This document shows, in pieces, positions 55,817 to 64,000 of a DNA stretch of 64,000 nt (positions are counted from its first letter, which is position 1; every line of letters starts with the position of its first letter). Below the pieces are notes generated by a model. It worked only from the letters and a program-made list of their open reading frames with translations, searched no databases and had not been told where the DNA came from. The translations under genes and the position numbers were made by a program. The stretch comes from Octopus bimaculoides (lineage: Eukaryota): NCBI RefSeq assembly GCF_001194135.2, contig NC_068997.1, forward strand, positions 14,173,825 through 14,237,824. Reading direction: 5' to 3'.

Positions 55817-56309
55817 CAACGACGACGACAATGATGTTAAAATTAAAGCTGAGCATCTTAATGCATCTTAAATTCATGATACCCATGTTTTTTTTTTATT
55901 GTGCTTTATTTTATTTGTTTTTTTTTGTTTTTTTACCTTCACCTGGTTCATTAGAAATGTATTATTTCAGAAACGTAATATCTGTTTCTACTTAACCAGT
56001 CAGCTACAGCAACAACAAGGTTAAAGACACTGATAACAACAACAACAACAACATTGTTCCACTGTTGACTAATCCATCCACTCACCTATTTCTCCATCCA
56101 TCCAATCAGCCAACAAGACATACAATCCCTAATTCATTAGATTCAACAACAGGTAAATTTTTCTACTTTACAAGCCTTTTTCCCTTTTATCCTTGCCTTC
56201 TCTTTGGTCTCTTTCTCTTCCCTCTCTCCTTCTCTTTCTATGGATGGTATATATATATTTTTTTTCATATCACCTTAAACAAGTGGTCTCCCTTTTCACT
56301 GTCTGTCTG

Positions 56310-56363
<54 letters not shown>

Positions 56364-56944
56364 CGTTTCTCTCTTTCTCGCTGTTTCTCTCTCTATCTCT
56401 CTCTCTCGCTGTTTTTCTCTCTCTCTCTCTTGCTGTTTCTCTTTCTCTCTTTCTCTAGCACTCACATTACTGTTTTTAATAATAATAATAATAATGATTA
56501 TGATAAGAAGAAGAAAAAGAAGGAGGAGAATAAAATGATGATGATGATGATGATGATGAGTAGAAGAAGAAGAAGAAACAGAAGATGATGAAGAGGTGGG
56601 GAGGACGATGCTGATTATGCAAAACTAAAAACTGAACCACAAGAACAAGAACAATGACAACAAGAAAAAGAAAAAGAAAAAAACATGAAAATAACAAAAG
56701 AAGTGAATGACTGCAATTGAACCATTACCATGTCTATATCACTAATCTAGCTGGTTCTTGAAATCCTGTTGTTATCGGATCACACAGCGAAAACTCTAAG
56801 AATGGATTGTCTGTTAGCAGATATGATGAGTAATGAAGAAATGTTGAGTTTGAAATGATTTTGCTAAGAATTTATCAGTTGAAACAGGTATAGACGTGTG
56901 TAGAAATGTGTTCAAACAGAAATAGAGGCTTAAAAGAAGTACTC

Positions 56945-56985
<41 letters not shown>

Positions 56986-57117
56986 ACATGTTTGTGCATG
57001 TGTAGTAGTAGCAGCAGCAGCAGCAATAGGGCTAAGATGCAAATCAAAAATGTATGGACCCAACCATCTGTAATGTATAATTATATATGTATATATGCAT
57101 GTCTATATATGTGTATG

Positions 57118-57186
<69 letters not shown>

Positions 57187-57415
57187 GTGTGTGTATGTTT
57201 GTGTGTGTGTGTGTGTATGTATACATACGTACATAAATATACATATTCATATATATGCATATGTGTGTGTGAGTGTGCGTCTATACATATGTATATATAG
57301 GTATACATATATATATATATATATATATAAACATATATATATATGTATAGATATGTGTATATGTATGCACACACACACACACACACNNNNNNNNNNCACA
57401 TATATATATATATAT

Positions 57416-57458
<43 letters not shown>

Positions 57459-58433
57459 TTGCAGAAACATATCCTGAATTTCCAGATATTAATAAAATAT
57501 ATTCAAGACTAGAAATTAGCATGAAGCTCATTTGGATTCATATTGCTTTTAGCTCCTGTATATTGCATGTTTACATATGAGATTTGTTGAATAAATGTCT
57601 GCTTGCATATATGTATGTTTATCTGTGTTATTGAGACCTTTCTCACATTTCTGCTATCTCTGTACATTATATAAATATATATCGTTTTGAAATTGTTTGC
57701 CAGCAAATTCCAAACAATAGTCTATGTACGTGCCATCATCTTGAATCTGGTCTTTCTGCCACAACAAGAAGGATCACTGCTCCTTGAAACTGACTGTTCT
57801 CATGCCTCAATCCTTCAGACATTTCTGACTTACTCTTCCCCTTTAATTTCATCACTCATATTGACCTTTATGGGGGCACCAAAATCTTTTAAGTGCTGAG
57901 GGCCTCGATGGGTCTTAATCCAGCACTGGCTGGGGTCACAATAAAATTCATTCAGTCCATTCTGTAAAGTGGCTGGTCTTAAGAAGAGCATCCTGCTAGA
58001 GAAAACATGCCATAAAAGGAAGATTTTGAGCGAAATTTGGTCAGCTGGTTTATCTAGAAATGCAGTGAATCTGAATAAGAAATAACTTGGACTGCAACAA
58101 CCCATCTAACCCAGACATAAAAATGATGGTGATGGTGGTGATGATAATGATGGTGATGGTGGTGATGATGGTTTTTCATCTGAAGCTAATAGTCTGCAAA
58201 AATTATAATCTTAATAATGACAAGTCGTCTCAGACATTTAATTAGCAATTAAATGTCGATCATAATATGGAAGACATCTTGATTATCTAATATATTTCTT
58301 TCATTAACTTGGTATTTAACATGTTCGTGTTTCATTTCTAGATATTTCCTTTTATAAAGATATATTAATGAAAGAATAGCTAAATCATTGTTGTTGTTGT
58401 TGCCGTTTAACCCCAGGTTAGCCTTGATCCAGT

Positions 58434-58784
58434 GGAGGCGCAATGGCCCAGTGGTTAGGGCAGCGGACTCGCGGTCATAGGATCGCGGTTTCGATTCCCA
58501 GACCGGGCGTTGTGAGTGTTTATTGAGCAAAAACACCTAAAAGCTCCACGAGGCTCTGGCAGGGGATGGTGGTGAACCCTGCTGTACTCTTTCACCACAA
58601 CTTTCTCTCACTCTTACTTCCTGTTTCTGTTGTGCCTGTAATTCAAAGGGTCAGCCTTGTCACACTGTGTCACGCTGAATATCCCTGAGAACTACGTTAA
58701 GGGTACACGTGTCTGTGGAGTGCTCAGCCACTTGCATGTTAATTTCACGAGCAGGCTGTTCCATTGATCGGATCAACTGGAACC
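58434..58784 (+). mobile_element. Well-preserved tRNA-derived SINE with an Arg-like head; possibly of the octopus OR type
   Basis: A box TGGCCCAGTGG, GGACTCGCGGTC anticodon-arm-like segment and B-box-like GGTTTCGATTCCC, followed by a body of about 270 bp whose 3' half is shared with 26376-26662. Confidence 0.85.
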
Positions 58785-59464
58785 GTGTAATTTAAGGGAG
58801 ATTTGGCTTCTATTTCTAGCAGGCTGAGTGACTGCCTAAGAGCTAACTTTTTAGTGTATGAAATTACTAGTTGCTGGTTTGCTACTTTTGAAATGTTGGT
58901 TCCAATAAGTACCATTACAAATTGATAATAAGCTTCCTTACAAACAACATAAGAGCCTCTGAATGGTTGCTTAATATCCTAGATATAGCAGTCAGATCTC
59001 CCTCAAACTGCACCCAACTATCTTAAAAATGTAGCCCCTTATGTAATATGAATGGAAGAATAAAAAGTAGCATGGTCTTAACTAGACTAACCAAGAACTA
59101 AATGATGAAAACTATACCAGTTAAAAGTTGGATGATGTTACTCAGTGTGAGATAAATAACAGCTCCATCTTCCACCGTTTACCCAAAACATACACATTAA
59201 AAGAATATAGTGAATAAAGTAGTTCCAAGCATGTTGTTTCTGGAAAAATAAAGATGGAATTGTCATTATTGGATTGCTTTTGATCACATTTAATCTTGAT
59301 CAGTTGCTACCTGGGGGTTAAACACAATGACCAGAAAATATTATAAAATATAACCACATCTTCCTAGAATCACAGCCTACAATCTAAAAATAAAAGTTAA
59401 GTAATACTTGGGTGACATAATTCTAGAGAGTTCTTAGTGACTTCTATTCACAGAAAATAGAAGA

Positions 59465-60118
59465 AACTCTTTATACAAACAGACAGAAAATGGAAGAAGC
59501 CCTTATGACAAACAGACAGAAAATGGTAGAAGCCCTTAAGACAAATAGAGAGAGAAAATGGAAGAAGCCCTTTAGACAAACGGAGAGAAAATGAAAGAAG
59601 CCCTTTAGACAAACAGACAGAAAATGAAAGAAGCCCTTTAGACAAACAGACAGAAAATGGAAGAAGCCCTTTAGACAAACAGACAGAAAATGGAAGAAGC
59701 CCTTATGACAAACAGACAGAAAATGGAAGAAGCCCTTAAGACAAATAGAGAGAGAAAATGGAAGAAGCCCTTAAGACAAATAGAGAGAAAATAGAAGAAG
59801 CCCTTTAGACAAACAGACAGAAAATGGAAGAAGCCCTTTAGACAAACAGACAGAAAATGGAAGAAGCCCTTATGACAAACAGACAGAAAATGGAAGAAGC
59901 CCTTAAGACAAACAGACAGAAAATGGAAGATGCTCTTTAGACAAACAGAGAGAAAATGGAAGAAGCCCTTTAGGCAAACAGATAGAAAATGGAAGAAGCC
60001 CTTTAGACAAACACAGAGAAAATGGAAGAAGCCCTTTAGACAAACACAGAGAAAATGGAAGAAGCCCTTAAGACAAACAGACAAAAAATGGAAGAAGCCC
60101 TTTAGACAAACAGACAGA
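59465..60118. repeat. 33-bp minisatellite, about 20 copies (AGACAAACAGACAGAAAATGGAAGAAGCCCTTT)
   Basis: Directly visible tandem units; some 35-bp variants carry an extra AG. Confidence 0.97.
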
Positions 60119-60742
60119 GATATAGATATCATCGTCAATGTATCATTACATAATATCAACATAATCAATTAAATCAATGGCTAACTAGCGCAATTGACAA
60201 GCTTCTTCCTGTGTTTGTTTCTCTATTCTCCACTTGATTATAATTATAAACTGCGGTTTAACCGATAAATTACCTGCCTCTGGACACCTTCTAACAAAGA
60301 CGGTCCCCACGCAAGTAATCTCCGGGAGTGCCTTCGGATTTAACTTTCCCCTGGTTGCTTAAACACTTCAGCCTACCCCTTGAATGTTTAAACAATCCTA
60401 ACTTATACCTATATNNNNNNNNNNNNNNNNNNNNNNNNNNNNNNNNNNNNNNNNNNNNNNNNNNNNNNNNNNNNNNNNNNNNNNNNNNNNNNNNNNNNNN
60501 NNNNNNNNNNNNNNNNNNNNNNNNNNNNNNNNNNNNNNNNNNNNNNNNNNNNNNNNNNNNNNNNNNNNNNNNNNNNNNNNNNNNNNNNNNNNNNNNNNNN
60601 NNNNNNNNNNNNNNNNNNNNNNNNNNNNNNNNNNNNNNNNNNNNNNNNNNNNNNNNNNNNNNNNNNNNNNNNNNNNNNNNNNNNNNNNNNNNNNNNNNNN
60701 NNNNNNNNNNNNNNNNNNNATATATATATGTATGTATGTATG

Positions 60743-60778
<36 letters not shown>

Positions 60779-60785
60779 CATATAC

Positions 60786-60950
60786 ATGATGGGCTTCTTT
60801 CAGTTTCCATCTACCAAATCCACTCACAAGGCTTTGGTCGGCCCATGGCTATAGCAGAAGACACTTGCCCAAGGTGCCACACAGTGGGACTGAGCCCAGA
60901 GCTATGTGGTTTGTAAGCAAGCTACTTACCACACAACCACTCCTGTGCCT
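60786..60950 (-). mobile_element. Family A SINE head; its microsatellite runs into the gap at 60415-60719
   Basis: GGGCTTCTTTCAGTTTCCATCTACCAAATCCACTCACAAGGCTTTGGTCGG...CTACTTACCACACAACCACTCC. Confidence 0.9.
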
Positions 60951-62899
60951 ATAATGATAAGATGATGATGATGATAAAATATATGATAATAAACCATTTC
61001 TCTCAACAATAAAATAAAATAAGAAAAAGAAACACAGGTAAAATTTTAGCAAATTCATTGAGGATTGAAACCGATTTGCTTTAATTAGGTACATTTATAT
61101 AATTATTCCAGCATTTTAAAAAATATTTCATAAAATACTTACTTGCCTGATATCAAAATAACTAATTACATTCAGTAATATGAATTTATGGTCAGTCAAG
61201 CAGAGCTAAAAAACTAAGATTGTTAATTAAGAAATTTAAGAAAAAAAAAAAAATGTGTGCGAACAACATATGAATTAAAATTTTTTTTTTTTTTTTTTTT
61301 TTCCATTTTTTAAAGATGGCCAGAAGGAAGATGGAAATAGAGAATGATATATTTGAATTTTGATTTAGTTATAGATAAGCCATTGTTCATACATTTAGAA
61401 AGAGAAAAAAAGCAAGTCACTTCTCAAACTTCCCCCAAATATTTTCAACTTTAATTCCATTAGACTTACATTATAGTTAGTGAAAAGACAAATCTAATAA
61501 TGTTTTTATATTTTTCTTTCTTTGTTTTTTTTTTTTAACACTCTTTTAGTTTTATTTTTTATTCACCCATATACAGTCATCCAAATTTTTTTAAATAACT
61601 ATTTATTAGCACTTCTGTTCATTATTTACATTTTTATTAATATCATACATACATATATTATATTCACATACACACATATGTGCGTGTAATATGTGTGTGT
61701 GTGTGTGACCACATACAGAATAAGTAGATCAATAAATATTTTCCTAACTATCACAAGTATTAAAAATATTTAGCTGAAATGGCAGCAAAATTAGTTAAAC
61801 CCTAGCACTTTTTAGCATCTTTATGAGATGTCAGTTGGAAAGAAAACTAAATACACTTCCAATCTACTTCAAATCCCATGCATCTTTGTATCTGCAATCA
61901 CCCAATATATCATTTACAACTTTCATTTTCTATTATATATTCAGCTTAAGGTTTCCTGCAAAAGATCTAGTTGCTGTTAGCTGGTAATAATTACATTTGG
62001 GCTAACAGTAAATCCATTCAAATTAAGATATAGCCAACATGTGTATGCGTCCAGAACTTCAGTCAGATAGACTGAAACAACTTTGTCTAACTACATTTGG
62101 TATTTGAAAAATAAATAAATTTACAAATCAAATAATGAAGACAGCAACAATAAATTTATAAAAGTGTCCAGTCAAGACAGTTATATCTTCACTCTTTATA
62201 TTTCTGGCAATGGATATATACATATATTTAATAAGAATTCAGGTATGACACGGACAGAAGTTCTTGTTTCAAAATATTTAGTAGCCAAATTAAATGACCT
62301 TTCTTCAGATCAAAATGATAAAGTCATGGAGAGTTACTACCTTCATTTTACACAATTCAATCAGATAGCCGGTTAGCAACAATATTTCATGGTCTTACAT
62401 ATCAATTGCGTATTTTAATATATTTTGATATAAATTATATAATCTTGTTTTCATTTTTATTCTTTATAACTGTTATGTTATGTATATCTGTTAGTGTGTG
62501 TGTGTATGTTTATGTATAAACATATATATGCATGTATATGATAGACTCCCCTTGATTTTGATGAATGAGACTTCCAGCCATAGGATCATCAGATCAATAG
62601 TACTACTTACCTATTGAGTTATCACATAACATGCTGCATATTCCGTTAGAAACGGGTATCCTTAACAAATCAACAATATTCTATGTAATATGGGTACTTA
62701 TATATATATATATATAAACACATACACATACATATGTATGTATGTATACACTTACATATGTACACATAGCACCACCACATTAATTCAAGCATGGAAATTG
62801 TTTGTTAAAGTAGAAAGATAAAACAATATAAGCGTAAATAAAATAAAATGTGACATAAAATAGACAAATAATAAAAAGAAGTAGGAACAGAAAATTGAA

Positions 62900-64000
62900 T
62901 CAGAAAAACTTACCAAATTGGTTTGCCAAATTATTGATGTTCTTTGTGGCTTCACAGATGTCTTCTTCATATTCTATCTTCTTTTCAATGACAGCGACAT
63001 TAAATCCAAAACCACTAAATTCCACAACAACCATGTAATCCATTGGCAGCTGGTAGGTTTTTCTTACTGATGAGAATTCTGCAAATGGCTTCAATTGAAA
63101 CTCTTCCAAGAATGTTTTGTTTTCCTTTGTAGCTGTTCCCAAATGAGGCCACTTTTTCAAAGCCTTTTGGATTTCATTTTCTTTCTCCACTTGCATGTAA
63201 TTGCATGTATAAAGCTTTGCTTTATCGTCAGTTTCTGGCAATTTCAATTCCCATTTACCATTTCTCATACGCAGCCAGCTATCAGAGAGAATTAAATCAT
63301 AAAATTTAGTGTCGTAATAGACATCTTCAAAACTTTCTTCTGAAATTTCAACGCCCTTTGCTTGAACAAGTTTTTCAAGATTGAAATTATCAAATTGAAA
63401 TTTCCGTCTTAGCAAAACAACTTTTGCAATTGATTGTGAGATATTGGTTGAAGTCAGATTAAATTTCTGATCAACCATTGGTTGGCCTTTGTGATCTAGT
63501 GTTTCACTTTGAGTAACTGAGGTTTCAATTTTATTCTCTTCTCCGAAATACCATTTGGGAATCTTCTTACAAGAATCAAAATTTGATTCATATACCTTTG
63601 TTTTCAAATCAGTACCAAAACCTTTAGTTTTCATTTCTAATTCTGCCTCAGTTCCGAATCTTGGAGTGTAGCTTAAATTCTTCGATTCAGTCGATGTATC
63701 TATAGCACCTGCTTGTCTCGGATCAGCCCCAATGCCAACAGTTGTCTCAGATTTGAGATTCTTAATTTCTAATTCTGCTTCAGTTCCGAATCTTTGAGTG
63801 TAGCTTAAATTCTTCGATTCAATCGATGTATCTATAGCACCTGGTTGTCTTGGATCAGCCCCAATGCCAACAGTTTTCTCAGATTTAAGATTCTTAATTT
63901 CTAATTCTGCCTCAGTTCCGAATCTTGGAGTGTAGCTTAAATTCTTCGATTCAATCGATGTATCTATAGCACCTGGTTGTCTTGGATCAGCCCCAATGCC
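62900..64000 (-). CDS. THTPA: Partial coding exon: N-terminal 44-aa tandem repeats + linker + CYTH/triphosphate-tunnel domain of thiamine-triphosphatase type. The 5' end lies beyond the window. The 3' end is either the splice donor after 62914 or the TGA at 62900-62902.
   Basis: The ORF 62900-63634 stays open upstream, with no stop from 63634 to 64000. Motifs match vertebrate THTPA in order: RKF, F.D.YYDT (FEDVYYDT), L...D.WLR.R (SDSWLRMR), WELK.P, F...R (FAEFSSVRKTY), FG (SGFGFNVAVIE), and a final helix ending NLANQFG (human HRLSSMLG). A consensus G|GTAAGT donor sits at 62914/62913. The symbol denotes family similarity; orthology is not shown. Confidence 0.85.
   Translation of the reverse strand, partial: GIGADPRQPGAIDTSIESKNLSYTPRFGTEAELEIKNLKSEKTVGIGADPRQPGAIDTSIESKNLSYTQRFGTEAELEIKNLKSETTVGIGADPRQAGAIDTSTESKNLSYTPRFGTEAELEMKTKGFGTDLKTKVYESNFDSCKKIPKWYFGEENKIETSVTQSETLDHKGQPMVDQKFNLTSTNISQSIAKVVLLRRKFQFDNFNLEKLVQAKGVEISEESFEDVYYDTKFYDLILSDSWLRMRNGKWELKLPETDDKAKLYTCNYMQVEKENEIQKALKKWPHLGTATKENKTFLEEFQLKPFAEFSSVRKTYQLPMDYMVVVEFSGFGFNVAVIEKKIEYEEDICEATKNINNLANQFGKFF
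63633..64000 (-). repeat. Coding 132-bp (44-aa) tandem repeat, at least 2.8 copies, unit IKNLKSE(T/K)TVGIGADPRQ(A/P)GAIDTS(T/I)ESKNLSYT(P/Q)RFGTEAELE
   Basis: ATTTCTAATTCTG recurs at 63633, 63765 and 63897 (period 132). The first two copies differ by 7 substitutions, with no indels or stops. Confidence 0.97.

Noticed and set aside
58434-58510. Functional tRNA-Arg gene
   Set aside because: It has A/B boxes but no complete acceptor stem and no nearby terminator, and it continues into a SINE body shared with another copy.
59465-60118. CRISPR array or coding cationic-peptide repeat
   Set aside because: No unique spacers and a eukaryotic context; plus-strand frames contain stops and 2-nt insertions.
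7719-60916. The many YI/CV/HT/SL-repeat and X-containing ORFs in the track
   Set aside because: Translations of (TA)n, (TG)n and (GA)n microsatellites and of N gaps.

Overview
Very AT-rich, microsatellite-laden animal genomic DNA with about 15 assembly gaps. The SINE repertoire, AT content and microsatellite load suggest an octopus (coleoid cephalopod) scaffold; this is inference. Almost all ORFs in the supplied track are microsatellite or gap artefacts. The only convincing protein-coding segment is at the right end, on the minus strand (64000 to about 62914). It is an exon, open through the window edge, encoding at least 2.8 copies of a 44-aa tandem repeat fused to a CYTH/TTM domain of thiamine-triphosphatase (THTPA) type. 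This domain has lost most metal-binding acidic residues but keeps the phosphate-binding basic residues, so it is a candidate pseudo-enzyme. The rest is intronic or intergenic. It contains several tRNA-derived SINE families, two R4/Dong-type LINE 3' fragments (one embedded in a (TAA)n tract) and two related degenerate 5S rRNA-derived copies flanking a SINE. It also holds a mariner deletion derivative, piggyBac-like ends, a 33-bp minisatellite and several inverted-repeat structures. All homology calls are made by eye from recalled family motifs; no database search was run. Repeat boundaries are approximate (about +/-10 bp).
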